A stretch of 63,554 nt of DNA, counting the filler, from Hausera hauseri (lineage: Eukaryota): assembly GCA_046269625.1 (NCBI GenBank). It is 13 parts of 13 records of this genome, joined end to end, with 100 filler letters (N's around TTAATTAATTAA, not from the genome) between each part and the next. Parts side by side here need not be neighbours in the genome. Positions count along the whole stretch, not along the records: positions 50,242 to 54,795 come from JBJURY010530122.1; positions 54,896 to 59,072 come from JBJURY010718880.1; positions 59,173 to 63,554 come from JBJURY010608221.1; 10 more parts are not named here. One strand, written 5' to 3'. The notes beneath the pieces were generated by a model. That model ran no database searches. It was not told where the DNA came from and worked only from the letters and a program-made list of their open reading frames with translations. Below, one piece after another: positions 51,200 to 63,554 of the stretch (the stretch's first letter is position 1; the number at the start of each line of letters is the position of its first letter). A program made the translations under genes and the position numbers.

Positions 51200-52346
51200 T
51201 TGGAATTCTTTCATTATTCTGCTTCCATAGATAAACAACTGTAATATTTTATGAATCCAATAACAAGCGTATCCATATCGCCACCGTGAAGTAGGCACAA
51301 TGGATCATGCTTCAAAAAGAATTGCTTTATATGTCAGGAACCAATTGTATGATTTTAGTTCCTCTGTAAGACGCAACGGAAATGTACAGTTGTTTGGTTC
51401 GGGAGGCGAAGATCTACCATCAAAGAGGATAAAAGTAGTTTTCTAAACAATATGTAAGATACAATTCTAAAACCGAAAATCGTTTGGATGAAACGAAGCG
51501 ACGTCCGTAATAATAATGAAGTTTCGTTGGTTTGGATATGATTTTACATCTGTTAATGTTTGTCCAAATTCTTGAAACATTGCTATTTGTAGGAATTTTC
51601 GTCAGTTGATCCAGTGGACTCAGATCTTGACTGCGGATATTAAAGTCAATAATACATCTTTCGAACAAAACAGTTGAAAATAAACTGCTATTCAACTAAG
51701 TAAAATGGCGTTTTCTTTGCAAACCGCAGTAATGTAATGCTTGTGTTTATCCGAAAGTTTTCTAAGGGAAATATTGGACGAAAAACTAAAAGTATTACTG
51801 TACATATCACCATGAGTATGGACTTGACCATTAGTTATTTTTCGAACCAACATTATCCATCGGTGGAACGGAAAGGGCCTTGTCCAAATTGATTTGTTCG
51901 ATTTCCATACTCGATAGAAACGGACTATCGAAACAACACCCTTCCAAAGTACTTGTGCCACTGAAACACTCAACTGTTCGTTCGATATTCCAAAAGGAAA
52001 CCAACAATTCCTTTAGACGATGAAGACAATATTTGTCATATTTATAAACGATAGACCGCCCAACGTCAAACACCGAAATAAAACGATGCATATGTTGACA
52101 CTTATCCATAGGAAAAATGACAAAATTTGACATGGTACCCAATGGCAAAATACAATATTCGATTCGAAGAGGATAATTCAATCCAATATGAAGTTCGGAT
52201 TCCAAATCGTGAATAAATGAATTAAAAAATTCTCGATTCGCATCGACACACTGAAAATCAAACAAATAAGGGTGTTGATTGATTTGTAAATCCTGGGAAA
52301 TCGATTCAACTAAATCTACCAGATTTCTGAACTGAATGATTACCAT
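51200..52346 (-). pseudogene. Unidentified disrupted coding region upstream of copy 5
   Basis: Overlapping minus ORFs of 171, 93 and 91 aa with protein-like composition; no family recognised. Confidence 0.35.
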
Positions 52347-54895
52347 CAGCCAAAAATATTTTTAAAAACACTACAAAAATATTGTTGTTTGAATTACGTT
52401 GTTCATAATTATTAAATGACCTTGTGACACATTCCGAAAACAAATAAGTACCATTTCACCCTTTTCGGGGCGATAAGCAACAAATACCAAGACCGATTCA
52501 CCCAATCGTCAAATTTACTTTTCTTTTAACGCATCAATTTAATTAAGGGGTGCGGTTGGAGGTTTGCGCCAGATAGCCCATTTTTCCACTACTTTTATAA
52601 CGTATAATAATAATTACAATCGAATGAAATTGAGCATTGATAATTGGTAATTATTGAACTATTACAATTCAGATTTCAAAGTTTCATACGACATTCCATA
52701 ACTTTTAAATGTACATCGTTCGACTGATATCAATACCCCAATGAATATATATAGAAAAGAATACTATTCGTTTTTACTTATTTCTTTTTCTGAGCTGCCA
52801 TAAATAGGGCAAATTAATAAGAACAAATTAATTTATGGGTTTAATTCCCCATAATTGAATTATTCGAATGCAAAGGAAGAAAACGATATTTCAATTTTGA
52901 TATTTTATGTCTCTGTGGACATAAATATTGAAGAATAAGTCATGTAGATAGAGAAAAATGGTGAAATAAATTGGTGGAATTCACCCTTATGGACAAATGA
53001 TTAGTCATACAAGTTAATTGTTGTTTCTGTGAAATTATCAATAAAATGGGGTCATAAAATTATTGGTACTTGTGTATTATGTGGTAAATGTCATAATTGT
53101 CACGTACGGTATAAGGTTCAATTATCTTCCTAGCATGTACACAAATTTCTGATTTTCATTCTGATATCCATTAGTTGTAAAGTCATTGAATAAAATTCAT
53201 CAAACCAATCAAGAGAAATTCAAACAAAATCACAGATAATTGAATGTGAATGCATTAAAACAAAGCATGCAGACTGGCGTATGATCGTACGTGATTCCAG
53301 TCTTTACGAAAAACGAAGGAAGTCTGCTGAAAAATGTCTCATTAATTTGATTTAAAAATGAGAATTAAATTATTTTGTAATGTCTGTACGTATATGACTT
53401 GAAATAATTATTATTAGAATCATCTTTTGATTTCTAGACGTTATACATCCGGATAAATCATCAGATAACTATGGCAAACTGAGTAATCATCACGTTATGT
53501 ACAATGAAATGATGTTCATAATATGTGATAGTATATTATAGTATTAAATGGAGGTCTAATAAATAACTTCATTGATTGAATTGATTTACCGAATACCAGT
53601 TAATAGAGTTAATATATAAAAATGACTACTTTTGTTGTAGTAAAATAATTCTAAGAGCACTGTATAGAGTACGAATTATGAGCAAAGCAAAAAAAAAGAT
53701 TTAATAAATTTTTTATTGTAAGCTTGAGTTATTTTCTTTGAACACCACCATTTCAATTTAATATACATCGACTATCTTCTGCAGCTGAGTCTTCCATTCA
53801 GATATGATGAACGACATAAAAATTAGCGTCATCACCAAAATTCCATTGATTACTTTCTTGAAAATAAAAGCAGATTATTTATGGGCAACATTCTCACATT
53901 GGTACAAAATTAAAATGACCCATAGAAACAGATGCGTTTTATATAAATTTTAATCTACACAATTTTCTCTGAATTATTCAAACGTTTCCTCTTTTTTTTT
54001 CATTACTTCGGTACAATACGCAAAGTGACTGGAAATATTCTATCGGGCATGAACATTTCTTATTTTACCGACCATATTTTTTACGATACTGGTTGGATTC
54101 TTTGATACTTTGCTGAGTCTACAGATATGATAAATTTTTCATAATACTTATTTGAATATAAGAAATCAATATTATACTATTGATAGAAAATGTATTGCAT
54201 CAGCTTAATATCCTTCTATGTTTTGAGTGAGTAAATACTTTTAAAATCAATCCAAGTTTGTATACCATTTATGACCTTCTATATCATCAACTAATAAAAA
54301 TTAACAGAACATATGACGTAATCTATTGCATTTAGTAGGATCTCAATACAAGAGTAAGAAAATTTTCTGTGCAACCAATGAAATTCATGCAAAATATTTG
54401 GTACACTCGTTGCAAATTAATAACGTACCTGAAAACCGTTTTTTGTTAATTTTTGGGATTTATTTATTATTTCTTTTCGATTTTTTTCGGATATTTATGA
54501 AGGAAATTCGATTTTGAATTATGCATTGCGGGTTTAAAGAAAAAAAATTTTCCTATTATGTTTTTTTAAGTCTCATTTCGTTGAATTACTTTGTAAATGT
54601 TGATAAAGTAGAATTAACGAAGTTAAATGAAATGGATACGATTGACTTTTTATGTTGTTTTGTTTCCTTGAATTTTTTTGGGTAAACTGACATGACTAAA
54701 ATGGATAAATTTTTTGATACAACAGCTTTTAATGTAATTATTTTCCTGGAATTCTTGGTTGAATAAACTTTTCTATCATGTGTTTAACTTTGATCNNNNN
54801 NNNNNNNNNNNNNNNNNNNNNNNNNNNNNNNNNNNNNNNTTAATTAATTAANNNNNNNNNNNNNNNNNNNNNNNNNNNNNNNNNNNNNNNNNNNN

Positions 54896-56453
54896 CGATC
54901 TGCCTGGTGGGATACGGTACAGTCTACTAAAAGACAATGAAGATGACCTGGTAATCAAGATTACAGAAAACTTCAGTAAGAGTTTAAAGACAGGTACTAC
55001 ATCAATGGAATGGCTACACAGCTACCTGTTTACCTTGGTAAAACATGGCAAAGATGCCACCGATATTAAAGGTTATCGTATCATCACCTTACAGAATGTG
55101 TATGACAAGGTGCTGGAAAGAATCATCACTAGAAGAGTAGCCCTTGATTCAGAAATCAGCGCAGCACTGCCTAACACACTTTGTGCATACAGACCTGGCA
55201 GAAACACAGCCACCAACGTTGCAATCTTGGCATACGACATATACGAAGGCTTCCAAGCAAAAGAAGTAACTGTTATCACAACCATCGATTTGGAAGATGC
55301 ATGCAATAGTCAGCTTCAACAATCTGATGGACTTGTTGCTCGATCTAAATGTCGACTTATGGATCGTGCGATGGATAGCGTCGCTGCTTGTGTCCAGAAA
55401 AGTTGCCCTAGAGTTCGGATCTTGGACATCAAAGATCAGAACAATAGCGACGGGTCTACCCCAGGGCCCCCCATTGTCAATTGTACTTTTCAACGTGTAC
55501 ACTTACAAAATTGCTCAGCTACGGGCGACTGGTCCAGGTAGAGTCCTCGTATATGCAGATGACATACTGCTGTACAACCACGGAAAAGACAGGAACGAAA
55601 TCGTCGTGTGCACACAGCGTTAATTGGACCTTCTGTCAGAATGGTGCATCAAATACAAGGCGGTGATCAATCCATCCAGTGCTAAGACTACTTTGTTCTC
55701 CCTAAACAACAAACTGGTCACAGATACATTGCCAGCAGTGACATGCATGGGCATCAACATCGAGAGGGAGCACGATATGAAATATCCAGGTATCACGTTT
55801 GATAGTAGCCTCTCTTTCAAGAAACATGTTGATGTTGTGGTCGAAAAAACAAAGAGAGGCATAAATACAACATAAGTGATCGCAGCCATGGACATGCCGC
55901 AGCAGACTCTTTTTTCCTGTTGATGCAGTCGCTGATGTTATTTGTTGTCGACTATGGCGTCGGCTTACTCACACTATCGGAGACACAAGCCTGCAGACTA
56001 GAAAGAGTCCAAAATGATGCCATGAGAGCAGTTCTGGGATGCACTAGAGACACTCCAATAACAACCATGAGGTTTCTATTAGTTTTACCCAGCATTAAGG
56101 TACGACATCGAGAGGCACAGGTAAAGGCATACTTCGGGGTGGCCAGCAGTAAACACCACCCACTGCACCAGACCTTAGATTCAACAAAAGGCAGCCGCAC
56201 TAAGCGCGGCAAGACATGAATGGCACAATCTGAGGTTACCCTCCGCAGGGTGTGTGAACTAGAAGAGGTAGGAAAAGGTAGCGAATGGGTGGAGGTAGGC
56301 GATGAGAGGAAGTGTCTTACTAAAGTAGTGATAGAACTGAGTAGAGAATGTCGTGAATTTTTTGCCACTAGAACGGAAGTGACAGTACAAGAAATTATCA
56401 ACAATCATTCAAAACCACAAGACATCATTATTTACACTGATGGCTCAGTGTGA
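54896..56453 (+). mobile_element. RNase H-containing LINE (I-group) RT fragment, disrupted
   Basis: YRIITLQN..KVLERII, AYRPGR, DLEDA, GLPQGPPLS, YADD, KYPGITFD, IIIYTDGS. Confidence 0.92.
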
Positions 56454-56793
56454 TAGAATTAACGAAGGTGCAAAAGAAAATGCGAAAGAAATAGAAAATT
56501 GTCTAATGTAAACAAAGGGGGAGACAAGTAGGAATGACAATATAGTCAGAGTAGCCTAATCTTGGCTTCTCGAATGTTTGGGAAATAGTTCAGCCGAAAA
56601 AGAATTGCATGAGGAAATGGTGTTCTTGGGACAGATCGAGAAAAGAGAAACTCCGTTGTTGAACAGTTCTCTTTCAGTTGTTGAACAGGACAGTTGTGTC
56701 TGTAAGTGCTCTCGAGACTTGTTGAACAGGACAAGTATGTCCGTGATATGAGCAGAAATTCTTCTTGAAACCCAATTTGGGAGAAAAGCAAAT

Positions 56794-58368
56794 TTGTTGA
56801 AAGAACTGAACAATTCAAATTGTCAAGCGCTTATGGAAAATTTAACGAATTGCACTCTTAAAAAATTGTTGGATGGACTATCTTGTGGTGCGTACAAATC
56901 TGTTAATATTGTGAAAGCACTTCAGTTAAAAGCTTTGTTAAATGATCAGCAGCTCAATTTTATAATGGATTTAAATCCTCACATTGAACAGGATATTTCA
57001 GATAGCGCTTCATCAAAACGAACTCAACTGAGAGGAATTCCGGTTAGTATAAAAGATTGTTTTTCTGTTAAAGGCTGTGATTGTACAATAGGAGTTCCCA
57101 GTTATGTTTGTTCTCCTTCTTCCAATGATAGTGTTTTAATCAGAGTTCTGAGAACACAAGGAGCTATACCATATGTTATCACGAGTATGCCTCAAACTGG
57201 ATATTCCATTGAGTGTTCTAATCCGATAATCGGTCCAACACGTAATCCGCATAATCCAACCAGAACATGTGGAGGAAGTTCGGGTGGTGAAGGTGCCATA
57301 TTGGGATCTGGTGCGTCTTTATTGGGATTAGGTAGTGATATTGGTGGAAGTATTCGAATCCCATCTCATTATTGTGGTGTTTTTGGTTTAAAACCAACTT
57401 CAGGGCGGCTCAGTAACCGTCACATTCTAGAACTGTACCCTGCTCAAAATTATATCGAAGTTTCTAATGGACCCATTGCTCGTCGATTTGATGATTTAAT
57501 TGAATTCTTCAAAGCATTGACATGCGAGAATTTGTATAAATTTGATCCGTACTGTCCGTCACTAGGTTTCAATGAAAAAATCTTTGAAGAAAAGAAACCA
57601 TTGAAAATTGGGTTTTATTTCAATCTCGATAAAGAAGCAGTTACGCCAGTTCCTGCAGTTGTTAGAGGAGTACAAATGGCCAAAGCTGCACTGGAAAAAT
57701 GCGGTCACAAAGTTGTTGAATTTACGATTCCAGATGCTAATTATGGTATTTATAATTTGTTCTATTCTGCACTGATTTCCGACGGTGGGAAAGGACTGCT
57801 TGAATATTTCGTTAAAGATAATCCCATAGATTCCACAATTTACCTGTCTTTGATGATGACGAAATTACCAACGTTTCTGAAATACTGTTTATCGATTCTT
57901 CTTTGGCCTTTTCATGAGAAATATAGTAAATTCTGTAAAGCCATAATGTGGCGTCGGTCTGCTTTTCAGATGTGGAAATTATAAAGTGAAATCAACGACT
58001 ATCAAAAGAAAGGCATTACTAAATAGTAAAATGAACATATTGATGCCGATATTTGCCCGGTGCTACCGAATATAGCTCCTCCGCTGAATGTCAGCCGCGA
58101 GATAATGGACATTATTGAATACACTGCCATTTACAATTTGTTAGACTATCCAGCAGGAATTGTACCTGTTACAAAAGTCACAAGACCAGACATAGACAAA
58201 CTTATAAGATCATATCCCAGAAATTCCTTCATTGAAAGAAAAATATATAATTTTGAAAAAGAGAATATTTGAATGCCAATTGGTGTTCAGCGTGTAGCAT
58301 TACCGTGGTGCGAAGAGATTTGCCTCAGAGTAATGCGAGATATAGACTCTACAATTGAAAAGGTTTAG
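56794..58368 (+). pseudogene. FAAH: Fatty-acid amide hydrolase (amidase signature), intronless, nonsense-disrupted C-terminus
   Basis: GIPVSIKD, GGSSGGEGA, GSDIGGSIRIPSHYCG, KPTSGR, YNLLDYPAGIVPVT, PIGVQRVALPWCEEICLRVM; stops at 57982, 58024-58029, 58270. Confidence 0.9.
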
Positions 58369-59172
58369 ATAAATGCGACTTTAGTCACGTTTTCCAAATA
58401 ATTTTAATAGCCTTTAAATTTATTTTTCGATTGAACAAATTTTAATAATAAAATGTCACTTGCTGTATAATTTGATACATTATAATTACAGTATTTTTTT
58501 GCTTACTGAACGACATAATTTACCCACATGTTAAGTTTAGTGATCGACCCCAAAATCTAATCTCTTAAATACTTATGTAGCAACCTGTGAGTTGCTATGA
58601 CTTATTTGGCCTTATTTGTATGAGTCCAACACCAGACGGCACACTGGTCGACTCACCCTTATTTAGTTTGATTTTAGACAAGCGTCTTTATGGGACACTA
58701 CGCCGAAAGGGGCCGCGTTTTTTTAAGTTTCTTCATTATTCTAGTGATTTTCCAGTCAAACAAAATTACCATATGCAAACCAAAAGACGTCAAGGGTTAT
58801 AAAACTTTAATAATTTGTAGAAATAACCGAAATATGAAAACAATCAAATAAAACAACCAAATAAAAACTTACAGTTATCGTACAACGAGACATGTGTAAG
58901 TTTTGAATGATAAAAAATCGTGTGTCGTGCTCAGAATGATACTGGTATTTATACCAGTTTAACAATAAACAGAGACATTAAGAAAATAAGATGAAATAAA
59001 GTCTAATTGCTATGTTTACCAAAAAATGAAATGAAATTATTATCATTAAGGCGTATCGTCAAAAATATATACNNNNNNNNNNNNNNNNNNNNNNNNNNNN
59101 NNNNNNNNNNNNNNNNTTAATTAATTAANNNNNNNNNNNNNNNNNNNNNNNNNNNNNNNNNNNNNNNNNNNN

Positions 59173-61570
59173 TGTCAACTACACTCCTGTACTTTCTGAT
59201 AAACACAGTCTGGTCTTGCTCACTTGCACAAGTGACATGGAATGAGCTGTTATATCTGTGCATTTTGACAGAATTCTGTCAACTGCACTGCAGTCCTCAG
59301 ATTTGCACGCATAATTCATGTGCCAGATCTGCCTATGAACGTCACACTGACTTGTGGCTGGTGTCCCAGTGTAGGTGGGAATGTGCACTTTGCAATGACA
59401 CCAAATATGCAGCGTTAAAAGCAGACTTTGACCCCCAACGCAGCTGTTGAAAGGTGTAATTAGCGCCTAAATTTAACGTTTTTATAACACTGTAAGTGTA
59501 GTATAAATCTTAGATGTTCATGCATTAATCTTTACACAATCCCAGCTTGCCATACCTTGTTTGAAAGCTTATAATCTGTACTTTCTGAGAAACACAGTCT
59601 GATCTTGCTCACTTTCACAAGTGACATGTAGTGAGCTGTTATTTGTTATATTTGTGTTGTTTTAATAGGCTTAGGGTTAGGGTTAGTCTGTGGGGGGTTT
59701 GCAGGGGTCTGGGGGGTCTGATTGCTTTAACTCATACATTCAGAACAAATTCTACCAGCTGTACCATTTGATGTTTATGTATACATTTAATGTTGAGAAC
59801 CTGGTAATGCAGCATATATGATGCAAACTCCCATTCTCAACTTTCAGCCATTTTGAGAGTGTTCATCTCAAACTAACAATGAGACAATAATTTATTGACA
59901 GAATGGATATGATGCATGTTTCAGAGATTTCAGGTGCAGCTTGACACTTTTCTGTATAATCAGACCGCCCTGATTCCATATATCCAGTGTGAATATGTCT
60001 GGTTTGAATTTCTTTAAGACACACCACCTTTGAATGCTTATAACCTGTGTCAACTACACTCCTGTACTTTCTGATAAACACAGTCTGGTCTTGCTCACTT
60101 GCACAAGTGACATGGAATGAGCTGCTATATCTGTGCGTTTTGACAAATTTCTGTCAACTTCACTGCAGTCCTCAGTTTTGCACACATAATTCATGTTCCA
60201 GATCTGCCTATGAACGTCACACTGACTTGTGGCTGGTGTCACAGTGTAGGTGGGGTCCTGCCCTTTGCAATGACACAAAACATGCAGGGTTAAAAGCAGA
60301 CTTTACTCCCCAAAGCAGCTGTTGAAAGGTGTAATTAGCGCCTAAATTTAACGTTTTTATAACATAATAAGTATAGTATCAATCTTAGATGTTCATGCAG
60401 TAATCTTAACACAATCCCAGCTTGCCATACCTTGTTTGAAAGCTTATCACCTGTACTTTCTGATAAACACAATCTGATCTTGCTCACTTTCACAAGTGAC
60501 ATGTAGTGAGCTGTTAAAATTGTGTATTTTGAAGAACCACCAGTCACACTGACTGCTGTCATACAGACACTTAGTGCATTTCCTGAGTAAACTTCAGCCA
60601 AGATGGCTTGTGTGTTGTTAAAAAATAAACAACATTACATGCATATTATCCCATATGATCAAGACTAAAGATGGATGATTAGGCAGTGTCTCGGGCCCTT
60701 GGCTAAATATTTCAGGTGCAGCTTGACACTTTTCTGTATTATCAGACCGCCCTGATTCCATATATATAGTCAGCATCTTTCTATCTTGTTGAAAAAAAAA
60801 GATTTTGGATTATTTATTATTATTTTCATACTTTTCCTCAATGCAGTATAGCATTTATAGTGCACTAAATATTTAGTACACTTGGCTCATTGCTTTTTGA
60901 TGCATGTGACCTGGAAAGAACTGTCGTCTGTGCAATGGCCACTAGATGGAGACAGGCACTGTAACAGCATCAGTGCTGGTTTTTACACATTCCTTTACGT
61001 GGGGGAAGGGAACATTTGCATTACTATAGGCTGTCAGGACAACTTTAGCTGGGGGATGGTGAAAGAATGTGCAGTCACTTTCAGAGTTACTTGCTTCAAG
61101 GTCTCCTGCATTTTGTTCACTTGTCACATTGAGCTTATCTGCTCAAAAATTTAATCAGAGTACAGTACAGACAGTGTATAGATATTTTCTTGTGTATTAT
61201 GTTTATGCACATTGTTTTCAAAAATATTCATATGAAATGGCTGTCTATTACCAGCACATCAAATTTCAGCTCAATATATTTAAAAATCCCTGAGTGTGAG
61301 GTATCATACATTTTTCTCTTTTAGCTAAGGTGGCCATCTTGGATTATTAATTTGTATTAGGAATTTTCAAACAACTCATTATCAGCTATGACCAGACATT
61401 TAATGTTGAGAACCTGGTAATGCATCATATATGGTGCACCCTCCCATTCTCAACTTTCAGCCATTTTGAGAGTGTTCATCTCAAACTAACAATGAGACAA
61501 TAATTTATTGACAGAATGGACATGATGCATGTTTCAGAGATTTCAGGTTCAGCTTGACACTTTTCTGTGT
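59173..61570 (+). repeat. Complex higher-order tandem repeat (main period 875 bp)
   Basis: 59173-59641 repeats at 60048-60515; ~65-bp subunit ctgtactttctga.aaacaca... occurs 4 times; ~59783-59957 repeats at ~61396-61568; short (TTAGGG)n at ~59672 and ~61572. Confidence 0.92.
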
Positions 61571-62665
61571 AAGGGTTAGGGTTAGGGTGTCACATTGGAA
61601 ATTGACCACTGCGTCACTCTATGACGGCGGCCGGTGCCATGACCTGTTTAGAGACAAATAGACAATAAAGCAGACAATAAAACTTTTAAACCTCAGATTA
61701 GTTCATACCATAAGCATTTACCTGGTAATCACATACATGAAAAGAAGGATGGTTGCTCTTGATTCCTCCTCCGTCTTCTCTCTTCCCCCTCTCTGTGACG
61801 TCCCATGTGTGGCATCATGAGGTGTTCTGCACAAATTTTGATTCAGTTTTCACTTAACCTATTCCTCCTAAAAAAATCTTCATTCTGAGGACATGCAATA
61901 AACTCAGTCCAACTCATAGTGGTTCAACCAGTTTTTACTGGCTGCCTGTTCACTTTACAGAGGAGTACCATCACCTTGAGAATGTGCATTAGCATTTTGC
62001 CTTGCGCCACTCCAAAACTTGAAGAATAGCCACATTTGGTTTAATCAAGGAGAACAATGGATGGGGGGCTGTCCAAGTGGTGTCTTGACTATTTAACAAG
62101 CATGCTCAGGGACTTGACTCACATTTGGTAGAGGTGTCTTGAGGGCTGTTTACAGGAGGCCTCATTTGGTAGAGGTGTCTTGTTTACAGGAGGTATTTTC
62201 GACAGCAGACTTGCAGATTTACAATGGCTGGTACAACGTAAGTCTTCTGCTTTCACTGTATATCCTAATAAGTTTCTTTAACTCAACATTTTTGGTGAAT
62301 CTCATTACACCAACATTTTTAAATAATGCTGGTGTAATGAGATTACACCATGTTAGTTAAACATGGTGTAATCAAACCTGCATCATTTTATGCTTTGTAT
62401 TGTACATTTTCTGCTTTGTATTTTGAATTTTATGTATAATTCTAAAGTATAAATACTTAAAATTTCCAACTACTTTTCGCAATTAAAATTTAGTTGCTTT
62501 ATCTTAAATTTTTTGGCACTGATGTATTTCAAGTAAACTAGCTTTTTATGCAGCTTGAAGTAATATAGTTCAAAAATCAGTATTTACATTGCATTTTTGC
62601 AGGAAATTCAATTTTTCTAGTTCCAAACACTTTTTTTTAAATCTTATGTCTGCTTCCTTTCACAG

Positions 62666-63154
62666 AGAGAAAGCTAATCGCCACATCATCCACTGTTTGC
62701 TGTGTGAAAAGCCACAGGAAACCATCTCAACACATTTAATCAGAGTCTGCATGAAGAACAAAACAGCACAACAAAGAAATGCAGAGGTTCAGCGGGCTAA
62801 AGAGTCCATGAAAGCATGGAATCGCCAAGGCAGAAACTGGGACTACAATGACATGTGCATATGGATGCCTCATAAGCCATCCCGGATGGCTCTTCTGGAT
62901 AAACTGCAAACACGAGGTTTTTTTGTTGCCAATGCACCAAATACTGCCGACCTGGTGGCTGTTCAGGACCAGCCATCAGCTGCGGCTGCACCTGCTGAGT
63001 ACCCTGCCCTGCAGGATGAGACCACAGCTTTGGCTGCAGGTGAGCATCCCTCTTTACTGGACCAGACATCAGCTGGAACTGCACCTGCAGAGTACCCTGC
63101 TCAGGCCAGTGGCAGTGAGCAAATTAGTGATCAAAGTGACCCAACGTGGCAAAA
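62666..63154 (+). CDS. Exon of a fish-type repeated uncharacterised protein (CxxC..H..C zinc finger plus three ~16-aa repeats)
   Basis: Acceptor ttcctttcacag ends at 62665, donor gtaagt at 63155; CLLCEKPQETISTHLIRVC; QDQPSAAAAPAEYPAL-type repeats. Confidence 0.55.
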
Positions 63155-63262
63155 GTAAGTTAACCTTAAAATGCATCTTTGAGTCTGAACACACCCATAT
63201 GTTTTGAGCTTATTTTCTGTTTACCCTGATGCATGCTCAATAATCCAGGTAGAAAAGCTACG

Positions 63263-63554
63263 AGCAATGTGGATATCCTAACTGGGCCTTCCTGAAAGCA
63301 GAGAAGAAACCCAAACAGGACTCCAGCCAACCATCAGGTGAAAAGGAGGAACCCAAACCCAGACCAGTGGTCGTTCCGTATGTTGCGGGAGTTTCAGAGA
63401 AACTGAGACGTTTATTTTCTAAACACAACGTCCCAGTAGCTTTTAAACCCCAAAATACATTACGGCAAAGACTGGTGCATCCCAAAGATCCAGTCCCCCG
63501 GCACAAACAGAGTAATATTGTGTATGCTGTTCAGTGTCAGGAGGGCTGTGATCA
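63263..63554 (+). mobile_element. Penelope-like element: RT C-terminal linker and start of GIY-YIG endonuclease
   Basis: CGYPNWAF...VVPYVAGVSEKLRRLFSKHNVPVAFKPQNTLRQRLVHPKD...NIVYAVQC. Confidence 0.9.

Noticed and set aside
53760-54150. PRC1/Ase1-like fragment on the minus strand (FMSFIISEWK)
   Set aside because: One short motif amid many stops; insufficient
57982-58272. Stop-codon reassignment to explain in-frame stops in FAAH, hnRNP and pol
   Set aside because: Stops align to different residues (TGA at G, W or R; TAG at W; TAA at Q or D/E) and co-occur with frameshifts, which fits ordinary decay
59672-59686. True telomere
   Set aside because: Only 2-3 internal TTAGGG units inside repeat DNA
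59173-60515. CRISPR-like array or repeated Cys-rich ORFs
   Set aside because: Intervening segments are themselves repeated, no cas genes, eukaryotic context; the ORFs are incidental to the satellite

Overview
This window is not one locus. It is 13 eukaryotic contigs (about 4-7 kb each) joined by 12 identical 100-nt artificial spacers (N44-TTAATTAATTAA-N44), so only within-contig adjacency means anything. The contigs appear to come from more than one animal: (i) an AT-rich, fast-evolving invertebrate with small introns, carrying an intact BRF1, disrupted PLK4, eIF4G, hnRNP and FAAH copies, a multi-copy Ty3/Gypsy family and Maverick/Polinton-type pPolB pieces; (ii) teleost-like repeat DNA (Gmr1-type LTR, L2/Crack LINE, hAT, Penelope, satellite); (iii) a contig with an invertebrate-style OSER1 exon and LINE relics. 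The most notable signal is in the multi-copy Gypsy family. Three decayed copies together reconstruct a ~72-aa ubiquitin-like domain ending R-I-R-G-G, fused directly before the Gag Met, and two copies keep an RVxF-type motif at the end of a P/S/T-rich integrase tail. Other candidates are a pPolB with tandem piggyBac-CRD-like zinc fingers and an env-like ORF behind a second Gypsy integrase. All family assignments come from motif recognition by eye; no searches were run.
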